Shown in pieces: positions 7,528 to 16,074 of a stretch of 51,458 nucleotides of DNA. Source of the DNA: a virus. The number at the start of each line of letters is the position of its first letter. The first letter of the stretch is position 1. The position numbers and the translations under genes are program-made. The stretch is from the IMG/VR virus record IMGVR_UViG_3300028907_000006, positions 1 through 51,458 of that record; one strand, written 5' to 3'. Below the pieces are notes generated by a model. It was not told the DNA's origin. It did no database searches and saw only the letters and a program-made list of their open reading frames with translations.

Positions 7528-9315
7528 TTGGCTCACAACAAGCAAAAGGGCTTTTGGTTAAGCCAATATGGCTCTGCCGCTGGCGGAACTGTACTCAATG
7601 AAAAGACAATCTCCGGGGGAGCAAAAGCTGGGTTGTATATTTTAGACACCGCCGGTAAAATTTTGACTGCGACTGAAAGCAAAATCTCCGGGTTGAGGGG
7701 CTTTTCTGCTTCGGTAATAAAATCCGGGGGTTCAAAAATTGCTCCTGTACGTTCTCTGGTGGCTAATATTGGTATAATAGCCACTTCTACTTTAGAGTGT
7801 GGTAGATTCTCAGTCACGAGTAAATTGACTGGGGGAATAGCCCACATTTCTTCTTCGGTTGCCCGGCTCCTTGCTTTCGGAAAAACTCTGCTCGCAGAGA
7901 TCGCTGGGAGCGGTTTAATACTTCGATTGTCGTCCATATCTAAAATCGGAGAATCCAATAACAGTGTATTGTTAACTAGGTCGGTTCAAGCAGTAAAGTT
8001 TGGTTTCAGCTCTGCTTCAAACTCGATTGTTAGGGCTGTTTCAAACATAATCTCTGGTTCAGTCAAATTGACTGGGTATACGAATTATGGGCTTCAATTC
8101 TTGAAGACAATTCTCGGAGGAATGAAAACCGGGCTTTCAATCCTTCGGGCTAACTCCAACACCATAACTTCAAGCTCAAAAATTTCTGGGTATAGCCCGA
8201 GAGGTGCCTACAGAAATATTGCGGGCACAATCGAACCGCTGAACTCCATAGCTAGAAGTACAACAAATACCATAACTTCATTAGCTTCAACCGCTGGAGC
8301 TATCGTCAGAACGATTGGGAATATACTGTCTGCTGTTGTAGATTTGTCGGGGTTGCTATTAAAGGGCAATCAGCTTAGCAAAATATTGAGTGCTGGAGCG
8401 GATATTGGAAATAACTTACTCCGACAGGCATCTGTTGCAAAAGAATCGACTTCAAGTTTGGCTGGGGCAATATCTCGTGGTGTTTTCAAATTCGCAACGA
8501 TTGCAATAAAATCCTCCGGGGCTAAAGTAGTGTATGTCACAAAAGCAATGTCTAATGTGATACAGCCATATATTGAAACCGTAAATAGTACAGCTAGAAC
8601 TCTATACAAACAAGTGGCCGTGTATGGTTTGGTAGATCGCTTATTTGCTTTTACCAAAGTTATTGTTGGCTATATAGACAATAGTCTGTCGCTGTTGAAA
8701 GGTTCCTACAAGATCGTGTATGGAAACTTGAGCCTGGGAGGGGCAATCAATATCCTCCGGGGGCTAGTGTTGTCTGTAGAATCTTCTATACAAGGAACTT
8801 TGCCCCGGACAATATCGGTTGAAAAATCTCTGGGGGCAATCGCTTCTGGGGCTTTAACCAGAATCTCTCAGGTAATAAAATCCAGCGCCATTAAATTGTC
8901 TGGGTCAATTATTCGAGGGGCTTTGGCTACAAAAGATATTGTGGGTTATGTCGACAACTCTGCTATTTTGATTCGTGACTCCGTAAAATATATGGGTTCA
9001 CAAATAAAAGTGGGGCTAGAAGACATCCACAAAGCGGCGGTCAAAGTAGTGCCTGGGTACATTCAACTGGTTGTAACTGTACCCAGAGCTGTATCCAGAG
9101 AATTGATTATCTCAACAGCTAAAATCTCCGGGGCGGTTCTAAAATCCACGGCCAGAGTATTAGGTGTTGCTCTTGTGTCGGTAGAATCGTTGCTATCCAA
9201 ACTCTTTAGCGGAGCTATACTGCATCCCATCATTAATCTGTTAGGTACATTTATTACAAGAATCGGTTTGCTTGGCGAGCATATATCCCGGTTCGACAAG
9301 GAGGGCAGATTCTAA
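7528..9315 (+). CDS. Large repetitive low-complexity protein (595 aa; Ser/Ile/Leu/Gly/Ala/Lys-rich, degenerate K(I/L)(S/T)G repeats)
   Basis: Long uninterrupted ORF between the head and connector genes. Recurrent SKISGLRG, SKLTGGIA, VKLTGYTN, SKISGYSP, IKLSGSII and AKISGAVL. I recognise no family. Confidence 0.55.
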   Translation: MAHNKQKGFWLSQYGSAAGGTVLNEKTISGGAKAGLYILDTAGKILTATESKISGLRGFSASVIKSGGSKIAPVRSLVANIGIIATSTLECGRFSVTSKLTGGIAHISSSVARLLAFGKTLLAEIAGSGLILRLSSISKIGESNNSVLLTRSVQAVKFGFSSASNSIVRAVSNIISGSVKLTGYTNYGLQFLKTILGGMKTGLSILRANSNTITSSSKISGYSPRGAYRNIAGTIEPLNSIARSTTNTITSLASTAGAIVRTIGNILSAVVDLSGLLLKGNQLSKILSAGADIGNNLLRQASVAKESTSSLAGAISRGVFKFATIAIKSSGAKVVYVTKAMSNVIQPYIETVNSTARTLYKQVAVYGLVDRLFAFTKVIVGYIDNSLSLLKGSYKIVYGNLSLGGAINILRGLVLSVESSIQGTLPRTISVEKSLGAIASGALTRISQVIKSSAIKLSGSIIRGALATKDIVGYVDNSAILIRDSVKYMGSQIKVGLEDIHKAAVKVVPGYIQLVVTVPRAVSRELIISTAKISGAVLKSTARVLGVALVSVESLLSKLFSGAILHPIINLLGTFITRIGLLGEHISRFDKEGRF

Positions 9316-9662
9316 TGGCTCTCAGGGATCAAGATTTTGAAATTTGGCAGGGCGAAGAAAAAGACGTGTATTTTACAATTACCGGGGACAGTAGTGAAGT
9401 CAAGGATTTGACTGGAGCCACTATAACCTGGAAAGCCATGAGACATCCGTCGAGTACAGCCGCAGACATAACTTGTACCACTACAGATTATATTACCATA
9501 AGTGGGGCTACATCAGGAATATTCAAATTGGCTTTGGCTTCTTCTCACTCCACCGGAGTTTGGGGGAAATTTTATCACGAAGCCAGAGTTGTAGACACAT
9601 TAAGCTATTCTGAAGTTGTAGCTACTGGTCTCATGATTATCAATCGGAGTGGTACTCTGTAG
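9315..9662 (+). CDS. Hypothetical small beta-sandwich-like protein (115 aa)
   Basis: TAATG overlap with the upstream stop; RBS AAGGAGGG. The pattern D..F.IWQGE.KDVYFTI....  DLTGATITWKA resembles Ig-like phage accessory domains. Confidence 0.5.
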   Translation: MALRDQDFEIWQGEEKDVYFTITGDSSEVKDLTGATITWKAMRHPSSTAADITCTTTDYITISGATSGIFKLALASSHSTGVWGKFYHEARVVDTLSYSEVVATGLMIINRSGTL

Positions 9663-9673
9663 GGGGTGAAAAA

Positions 9674-10285
9674 GTGTCGTTGACTTTAGTTGTTGAGCCA
9701 GTGGAAGAACCATTAGAGTTGGATGAAGTTAAAGACTATCTAAAAGTGGACCACGACTATGATGATGCTTTAATAGCGGAGTTGATAACAACAGCCAGAA
9801 TTATGGCTGAGAAAGAGTTGAGAAGAGCTTTATTGACGCAAACTTGGGAATACTCCTTGGACGGAGTTCCTGGGTCATATGACGGTTCTAATCTACCTTC
9901 TGATTGGCCTTGGTCGCTGATTCCGGCAGGAAAAGGCTATTTGGAATTGCCTTTGCCCCCACTACAATCGGTAGATTCTGTATCATACTACGATTTAGAC
10001 AATGTATCCCACACATTCTCCACCAGCAATTATTCGGTCAGTACTCGGAGCACTCCCGGTAAAATCTACTTGAATAACGGCTGTGTTTGGCCTTCAGAGT
10101 TGAGATCGCATGAGTCCATGGTAGTAAAGTATATTGCTGGTTGGACTTATCCGGGGCAAATTCCTGCGGCCATTCGTATGGGGTTGAAGCGTTGGGTGGC
10201 GTATATGTATCAGAATCGAGGGGATGAGAATATTCCAATTGAAACCAGAAAGCTCTTTGAGCCGTATAGGGTGGTGAGGCTTTGA
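9674..10285 (+). CDS. Head-tail connector / adaptor (gp6-like, Phage_connect_1 type)
   Basis: LELDEVKDYLKVDHDYDDALIAELITTARIMAEKELRRALLTQTW is the characteristic N-terminus of this family. GTG start after GGGGGTGA. Confidence 0.8.
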   Translation: MSLTLVVEPVEEPLELDEVKDYLKVDHDYDDALIAELITTARIMAEKELRRALLTQTWEYSLDGVPGSYDGSNLPSDWPWSLIPAGKGYLELPLPPLQSVDSVSYYDLDNVSHTFSTSNYSVSTRSTPGKIYLNNGCVWPSELRSHESMVVKYIAGWTYPGQIPAAIRMGLKRWVAYMYQNRGDENIPIETRKLFEPYRVVRL

Positions 10286-10620
10286 AAAAAACTCCGATAG
10301 GGCAATACGACCAACGAATTATCATCCAACAATTGACTCGAACTTCTGATGATATGGGCGGCCACACAGAAGCCTGGAGCACATTTGCTACTGTTTGGGC
10401 GAAGGTAGATGACTTTTCTGGAGATGAGGCATTCAAAGCCAATCAAATACAAAGTTCTGTGAATTATCGGGTCAAGATTCGGTATTTGTCCGGAGTCACG
10501 CCAGAGATGAGAATCAAGATGGGTTCTCGATACCTTAAAATTCTGGCGGTATTGAACCCAGAATTTAGCGATTGGGAGTTGGAACTATCCTGCGAGGAGA
10601 TTCCCCAAGGGGGTAGTTAA
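10282..10620 (+). CDS. Head-closure / head-tail joining protein (SPP1 gp16-like, Phage_H_T_join)
   Basis: YDQRIIIQQ...DDMGGHTEAWSTFATVWAKV...E...A.Q......YRVKIRY matches the family pattern. TTGA overlap with the upstream stop. Confidence 0.8.
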   Translation: MKKTPIGQYDQRIIIQQLTRTSDDMGGHTEAWSTFATVWAKVDDFSGDEAFKANQIQSSVNYRVKIRYLSGVTPEMRIKMGSRYLKILAVLNPEFSDWELELSCEEIPQGGS

Positions 10621-10621
10621 T

Positions 10622-11089
10622 ATGGAAACAACATTTACTTTTGACGGCTTTGAAGAAGTTGTTAAAGTCTTGGAGCAAATACCTAAGTCAGCCAAAAAAG
10701 AAATCTATGACGTGGTTAGCGTGAACGCAGAGGAGATAAGGACAAACGCCATAAAACTTGTGCCTGTAGATACAGCTATGCTAAAAACTAGAATTCAAGT
10801 CAAACGTCCAGTAAAAGGGCATGACTGGACTCAAGTACAGGTTGGCGCTCCAATAGAGTATGCGGCCCACGTCGAGTTTGGGACAAGGCCACATTTTCCT
10901 CCAACGTCAGCTCTAACCAGTTGGGCCAGAAGGCACGGTATGCCCGGCAAAGAATTTGTAATTGCCCGAGCCATATCAAAAAGAGGCACCAAAGCTCAGC
11001 CATATCTCTTCCCTGCTTTGGAGAAACAAAAAGCAACTTTCTTGAAGGATGCTAAAGACATGATGAAAAATCTGGGGAGGAGGAAATAA
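10622..11089 (+). CDS. HK97 gp10-family neck/tail-attachment protein
   Basis: PIEYAAHVEFGTRPHFPP is the hallmark of the HK97 gp10 family. The position in the neck module fits. Confidence 0.75.
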   Translation: METTFTFDGFEEVVKVLEQIPKSAKKEIYDVVSVNAEEIRTNAIKLVPVDTAMLKTRIQVKRPVKGHDWTQVQVGAPIEYAAHVEFGTRPHFPPTSALTSWARRHGMPGKEFVIARAISKRGTKAQPYLFPALEKQKATFLKDAKDMMKNLGRRK

Positions 11090-11473
11090 ATGCAGACTAA
11101 ACTGCTACACGTCCAAAAAGCCGTGTATGGCTTATTGAGTGCGAGTACACTCCTCCCAGCACTCTATGATGAAGTTCCAGAAGAAACAGCATTCCCATAT
11201 TTAACCATAGGCGAATTTACTGAAGAACGCTTCGACACTATGGGAATTTATGGATCTGAGATAACTTTCAACCTTCATGTGTGGAGTCAATATCGGGGGT
11301 TCAAGGAGTGTTACGGATATTTAACAGTTATTGACGGGCTATTGGATTATGCCAATATAACTAGCACCGGATTTACCAACATATTTATTCGCAATGAAAT
11401 GGTGAATACATTTATTGATCCCGATGGCGTTACCAGACATTTAGTGACTAGGTACAGAACGGTGGTGCAATAG
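11090..11473 (+). CDS. Tail completion / tail terminator-like protein (DUF3168-like)
   Basis: LYDEVPEETAFPYLTIGEFTEE...ITFNLHVWS; located just before the tail tube genes. Confidence 0.6.
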   Translation: MQTKLLHVQKAVYGLLSASTLLPALYDEVPEETAFPYLTIGEFTEERFDTMGIYGSEITFNLHVWSQYRGFKECYGYLTVIDGLLDYANITSTGFTNIFIRNEMVNTFIDPDGVTRHLVTRYRTVVQ

Positions 11474-11474
11474 G

Positions 11475-11678
11475 TTGGACTCTTTCAAATTAAAGTTGTT
11501 GTATGCTTTGGTTAGTAACTTAGCCAATACCATCAACTTGATTCTAGAGCTTTTGGAAAATCCGAAGGAGGAGGAGGCAAAAGTTTGCCCCCATCAACAC
11601 CGCACGGATATGTCTACCATGGGAGGGCTTCACTGGATTTGTAAAGACTGTGGATTTGAATATGAGGGGGGTGAATAA
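11475..11678 (+). CDS. Small zinc-ribbon-like protein (67 aa)
   Basis: CPHQH...CKDCG motif. TTG start with a weak RBS. Confidence 0.4.
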   Translation: MDSFKLKLLYALVSNLANTINLILELLENPKEEEAKVCPHQHRTDMSTMGGLHWICKDCGFEYEGGE

Positions 11679-12443
11679 ATGGCTGGTACTGTCCTAAAAA
11701 ACTGTAAGGTTTATGTTGACGGTTATGACTTGAGTGGCTATACCAATCAAATAAATCTCGACTATGGCTGTAATTTACAGGACAATACGGTGTTCGGGCA
11801 AGACACAAAAACTGTAGTCCCAGGTTTGTATGAGGTTGGACTATCCGTAAGTGGTTGGGCTGAAACTCTAGCCAATAGCACCAACAGCGAATGGAAATCT
11901 GAAGACGTGGCTTGGAATAAAGCCGGGAGTACATCAGATCAAGTGGCGGCTGTTTGTCCTACTTCTTTTGCCGCCGGGCAACCAGTTTACTGGTTCAAGG
12001 GGGCAGAAGGTGATATAAAGTTTGGCGGTAAGGTTGGAGATTTGAATGCATACAGCGCCAATCTAAAGGCTACTGGCGGCCAACTTTATCGAGGAACAAT
12101 TGTTGACGCCAGCACAATTGTTGGCACCAGTAGATCGACTACAAGCGCAATCTATAACGTGGGTGCTCCCAACGCAACTCAACTAACATATGCAGTGTTG
12201 GAGCTTTACAAACTTACTTCTTCAACGGCTACGGTGTTGGTGTCTATCCAAAGCGCAACTGCTATTGGGTTTGCTTCTCCTACCACGCAATTTACATTCG
12301 CAATCAGCACCGGAACTCCTAAAGGAGTATTTGGCGACGGTGTGGATGTATCTACAAGTGCGGCATATTGGAGGGCGGCTTACACCATTACCGGACAAGC
12401 CACGGATTTGATCGGAGTTATGGTTGGAATATCCCACGTATAA
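11679..12443 (+). CDS. Tail tube protein paralog 1 (254 aa, Ser/Thr-rich C-terminal extension)
   Basis: RBS GAGGGGGGTGA. The N-terminus MAGTVLKNCKVYVDGYDLSGYTNQINLDYGCNLQDNTVFGQDTKT parallels 12549..12977. The position fits a major tail protein. Confidence 0.6.
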   Translation: MAGTVLKNCKVYVDGYDLSGYTNQINLDYGCNLQDNTVFGQDTKTVVPGLYEVGLSVSGWAETLANSTNSEWKSEDVAWNKAGSTSDQVAAVCPTSFAAGQPVYWFKGAEGDIKFGGKVGDLNAYSANLKATGGQLYRGTIVDASTIVGTSRSTTSAIYNVGAPNATQLTYAVLELYKLTSSTATVLVSIQSATAIGFASPTTQFTFAISTGTPKGVFGDGVDVSTSAAYWRAAYTITGQATDLIGVMVGISHV

Positions 12444-12448
12444 CTGTT

Positions 12449-12516
12449 CGCTCCAGCCAGATTGACGAATCTATGCAGGCTTGCCCCACCTGTGGCTGGA
12501 GCGATAATTTTTATTT
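12449..12516 (+). terminator. Long stem-loop plus T-tract between the two tube paralogs (candidate partial terminator)
   Basis: CGCTCCAGCCA (12449-12459) pairs with TGGCTGGAGCG (12493-12503), an 11-bp perfect stem. It is followed by ATAATTTTTATTT. Confidence 0.4.
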
Positions 12517-12548
12517 GGGGAAAATTAAATTTACAAGGAGGACAAAAA

Positions 12549-12977
12549 ATGGCTGGTGTAGTGCTTCGGAACGCTTATGTGTGTATGGGTATCGGGTCGG
12601 CTTCGAGTTTTGAAATCACGAGCTACGTGAAATCAGTGGAGATCGACTATGGGAGTGACCTTCAAGACAATACTTCTATGGGGAGCAACACAAAAACTTC
12701 TATTGCTGGGCTTCTTGACTGGGGTGTAAAGTTGGAGTTGTTGAACGACTATGCCTCTGGTACAGTTGATTCCTTCTTCTTTACCTATGTTGGTTCCACT
12801 GCGGATTTGAGAATTGCTGTACGTCCAACCACTTCAGCCCTGGGCGTCAATAATCCCGAATATTATGGGGCTGTAGCCATTGAAAAATATCCGCCAATCG
12901 CTGGTTCGGTCGGTAATGTTGCAACGGCTTCTATCAACCTCAAAGCGGCATCGAGTATGGGCCGCAGAACTGCCTAA
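12549..12977 (+). CDS. Tail tube protein paralog 2 (142 aa; probable major tail protein)
   Basis: ATG at 12549 after AAGGAGGAC. MAGVVLRNAYVCMG...VEIDYGSDLQDNTSMGSNTKT. It lies immediately upstream of the tail assembly chaperone. The ORF-track start at 12462 crosses the hairpin. Confidence 0.65.
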   Translation: MAGVVLRNAYVCMGIGSASSFEITSYVKSVEIDYGSDLQDNTSMGSNTKTSIAGLLDWGVKLELLNDYASGTVDSFFFTYVGSTADLRIAVRPTTSALGVNNPEYYGAVAIEKYPPIAGSVGNVATASINLKAASSMGRRTA

Positions 12978-13035
12978 TTCTGGCTAGAATCTATTTGAAA
13001 ATTTTGATTGACTAAAACTGTGGGGGGTTTTAACT

Positions 13036-13392
13036 ATGGGGCTGAGAGATACAATTCTAAGAAAAATGGACTTGAAAGAAGAAAAGGTGTTTGTGCCGGA
13101 ATGGGACGTTGAAGTTATTGTAAGAGAACTTACTGGGATTCAACGTTCCAAGTTGATCGATGAAATTCAAAAAGACCAACTACAAGGAGCTGACCTCAAT
13201 TCTCTGGAGTTGTATACAACCTTGATTATCCAATCGGTGATTGATCCTGAAACCGGGGAGTTTGTATTTACTCCTGAAGACAAGCAGGCATTGAGTGAAA
13301 AATCGGGGTCGGCCATGGAAACAATCGCTAAAGTTGCACTGAAGCTAAGTGCGCTGAATCCAGAGAATAAGTTGGGAAAGCCCTCATCCTAA
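13036..13392 (+). CDS. Tail assembly chaperone (gpG-like)
   Basis: It lies between the tube and tape-measure genes and has a slippery heptamer near its 3' end. Confidence 0.75.
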   Translation: MGLRDTILRKMDLKEEKVFVPEWDVEVIVRELTGIQRSKLIDEIQKDQLQGADLNSLELYTTLIIQSVIDPETGEFVFTPEDKQALSEKSGSAMETIAKVALKLSALNPENKLGKPSS

Positions 13393-13541
13393 ACCCAGAG
13401 CGCAGATTCTACTTTGAATTGGCTCTACAACTGGGTTGTACCGTGAATGAATTGCTCTCCTCCATTTCGTCGAGCGAATTGACGGAGTGGGGGGAGCTTT
13501 TCAAAATCAAAGCCATAGAAGCGGAGCAGGCAAGGAGGTGA
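13036..13541 (+). CDS. Tail assembly chaperone frameshift product (gpGT-like; -1 shift at 13374..13380)
   Basis: The -1 frame extension encodes ...NPERRFYFELALQLGCTVNELLSSISSSELTEWGELFKIKAIEAEQARR. The ...LA..LG.T..EL....S..EL.EW... pattern is typical of T-type extensions. Confidence 0.65.
13374..13380 (+). promoter_or_regulatory. -1 programmed ribosomal frameshift slippery heptamer G GGA AAG
   Basis: In the zero frame this reads ttG GGA AAG. The -1 frame is open from 13371 to the TGA at 13539..13541. Lambda G/GT uses the same heptamer. Confidence 0.75.
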
Positions 13542-13545
13542 GAAT

Positions 13546-16074
13546 TTGGCCTCTACAACAATTGGAGAACTCTGGGTATCAATTGGTGTCAAAGCCGATG
13601 ACTTGAAAAAAGGCTTAAATAGCGCAGTCAGTGCTGTAAAAGCGGCTAAGAGTGAAGCGGCGGCTGTCTCGGGGCTTATTGCTACAGGCATGGTTGCGGC
13701 CACAGCGGCGGCTGGAGCTTTTGGATTAGCATCTTTGAAAATGGCCGGAGATATGGAGCAGTCACAAGTTGCGTTCTCCGTTATGCTAGGCTCTGCTGAA
13801 AAAGCAAAGACGGTATTGGAAGAGCTGAAAACATTTGCGGCTGAAACGCCATTTGAATTTCCAGAATTACAAGCGGCAGGCAGAAAATTACTGGCTTTTG
13901 GAACATCTGCCGAAGATTTACAATCAGAGCTTCGGAGATTGGGCGATATTTCATCTGGTATCGGAGCACCTATTGGAGAGATTGCGGAACTGTACGGCAA
14001 GGCTCAAGTACAAGGGCGGTTGTTTGCAGAAGACATTAATCAATTTCAGGGTCGGGGCATACCCATAGTTCAAGCACTGGCTAAGAATTTGGGCGTGGTT
14101 CCGGAACAAATCAGACAAATGGTAACAGACGGTAAAATTGGTTTCAAAGACTTACAAGAAGCTGTGAAATCACTTACCAATGAAGGCAGTCAATTTGGCG
14201 GAATGATGGAAAAGCAGTCACAAACCTTATTGGGCTCGGTATCTACCGTAACAGACAACGTAAAGACTGTAGTCACCGCTTTTGGCGAGAGCTTAATGAG
14301 CGCATTCAATGTTACCGAGAAAGTACAAGCATTTGGCTTAGCCATGCAAGGCATAGCTAAAGACTTGGCTGGAATTACAAACACTATTAAAGAAGCTGGG
14401 CTACAAGCGGCCATAGATTCTCTAATTGATCCCAAAGTTCAAGCTGGTATCGTTGCTCTAGGCGGTGCATTGATCGGTTCGCTCGTTCCGGGGCTGATTG
14501 CGGCGTACACGCAATTTGTAGCTATGTTACCTACAATTACAGCTACGGCTTTGGCTATGGCTCCTTGGATAGCGGCTGGAGCGGCTTTGGCCGCAACAGC
14601 GTATTTAATCTACAGAAATTGGGAGCCAATTAAAACATTCTTCTCTGGTCTTTGGACCGATATAAAAACACATTTCTCCCAATCAATTACCAGAATTATT
14701 GAGTGGGTAAAAGAGTGGGGGGCCACCATACTCTTGTTTACAACTGGTCCATTCGGAGCTATGCTGATTTACATCATCAAGCATTGGGAGGATGTAAAAG
14801 CCACATTCTTGAAGTATGGCGGCTTGATTCTTGATGGATTAGAGTGGCTAGTGGGCGGTATTTGGTCGATTATAAAGACCATCGCTGAGCCATTTATTTG
14901 GCTTGGAGCTACGGCTATTGAGTGGGGGTCAAAACTGGTTGAGGGTCTTTGGAATGGGCTGTCTAGTATGGGCGGCTGGCTACTCGATAAAATCTGGGGT
15001 TGGGCGGTAGGCATTAAAGATTGGGTCAATGAGGCGTTTGGTATTGAATCTCCATCGAAGGTATTTGCAGAGATCGGAGAACAATTGTCTGCTGGTTTAA
15101 TTCAAGGCTTGGCTAGAACGTCCAATAAAGTAAAAGATCAAGCGTTGAGCGTAGTCTCAGAAGTTATTGGAGCTGTAACTAATTTAACGCAGGAGTACAA
15201 TAACAATATCTCTTCTGCTCTAGACAAATTGGCTAGTGGTGAAGCTCAATTCACCCAAGAATATGTAAGACAACTGTCCTCCAGGGAACAAGCTCTATAT
15301 GGCTGGGTGGGGCTATTCGAACAAATACCCAAAACAGCTAAAATATCTGGAGACCAACTTATTTCCAATCTCAAAGAGCAAGTCATGGCTTTAGCTACGT
15401 GGAGAAGCCAAGTTCAGGAGTTAGCCCGCAAAGGAATCTCCGAGGGGCTATTGAAAGAAATTCAAGACATGGGACCAAACGCACAGCCCCAAATAGCGGC
15501 TCTGATATCCATGACTGACGAGGAGCTTACAAGCTATCAAAAGCTGTGGAAAGACAAGCATGAACTTGCAAAAGTACAAGCCGTTGGGGAATTAGTTGAT
15601 TTGAAAGAGCAAACAAATGCTGAAATCGAAGCTCTAAGATTAAAGACCAACGAACAACTGCTTGGGTACGCAGTAGATTTTGTTGGTAAAATATCAGACT
15701 TGAAAGATGATACGCTGGAAAAACTTGGAGAATTATCCAAAGGCGGCATAGGCATAGGCGAATCCCTTATCATGCAAATCATGGCTGGTATAGCCAACAA
15801 AAAAGAGGATTTATCCAAAGCGATACAGGATTTGACTTCCATGGGCTCGGTGTTGCCCGGAGGAGGAATTGTTACTGTACCGGCTATGGCTGGAGGAGGA
15901 ATTGTTACTAGACCAACGCTGGCTTTAATCGGAGAATCCGGGGCTGAGGCGGTGGTTCCTCTCGACAGGTATGGCGGTGGCAATAATATCACTGTAAATA
16001 TCTATGGACCAGACCCAGATGAAGTTGTGGATGTAATGTATAGGAGATTGGTAACTGCTGGGGTGAGGTGGTAA
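13546..16074 (+). CDS. Tape measure protein
   Basis: 842 aa, Ala/Gly-rich and helical, with central hydrophobic segments. Carries AETPFEF..LQAAGRKLLAFG and QFQGRGIPI (TP901-type core) and C-terminal GGGIVT...ALIGESGAEAVVPL. Confidence 0.9.
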   Translation: MASTTIGELWVSIGVKADDLKKGLNSAVSAVKAAKSEAAAVSGLIATGMVAATAAAGAFGLASLKMAGDMEQSQVAFSVMLGSAEKAKTVLEELKTFAAETPFEFPELQAAGRKLLAFGTSAEDLQSELRRLGDISSGIGAPIGEIAELYGKAQVQGRLFAEDINQFQGRGIPIVQALAKNLGVVPEQIRQMVTDGKIGFKDLQEAVKSLTNEGSQFGGMMEKQSQTLLGSVSTVTDNVKTVVTAFGESLMSAFNVTEKVQAFGLAMQGIAKDLAGITNTIKEAGLQAAIDSLIDPKVQAGIVALGGALIGSLVPGLIAAYTQFVAMLPTITATALAMAPWIAAGAALAATAYLIYRNWEPIKTFFSGLWTDIKTHFSQSITRIIEWVKEWGATILLFTTGPFGAMLIYIIKHWEDVKATFLKYGGLILDGLEWLVGGIWSIIKTIAEPFIWLGATAIEWGSKLVEGLWNGLSSMGGWLLDKIWGWAVGIKDWVNEAFGIESPSKVFAEIGEQLSAGLIQGLARTSNKVKDQALSVVSEVIGAVTNLTQEYNNNISSALDKLASGEAQFTQEYVRQLSSREQALYGWVGLFEQIPKTAKISGDQLISNLKEQVMALATWRSQVQELARKGISEGLLKEIQDMGPNAQPQIAALISMTDEELTSYQKLWKDKHELAKVQAVGELVDLKEQTNAEIEALRLKTNEQLLGYAVDFVGKISDLKDDTLEKLGELSKGGIGIGESLIMQIMAGIANKKEDLSKAIQDLTSMGSVLPGGGIVTVPAMAGGGIVTRPTLALIGESGAEAVVPLDRYGGGNNITVNIYGPDPDEVVDVMYRRLVTAGVRW

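Noticed and set aside
13425-14000. 191-aa minus-strand ORF, plus other antisense ORFs within the tape measure gene (14190..14435, 14769..15029, 15537..15992)
   Set aside because: They are antisense to the tape measure and chaperone genes. The Ala/Ser/Pro-rich translations mirror the Ala/Gly-rich sense frame.
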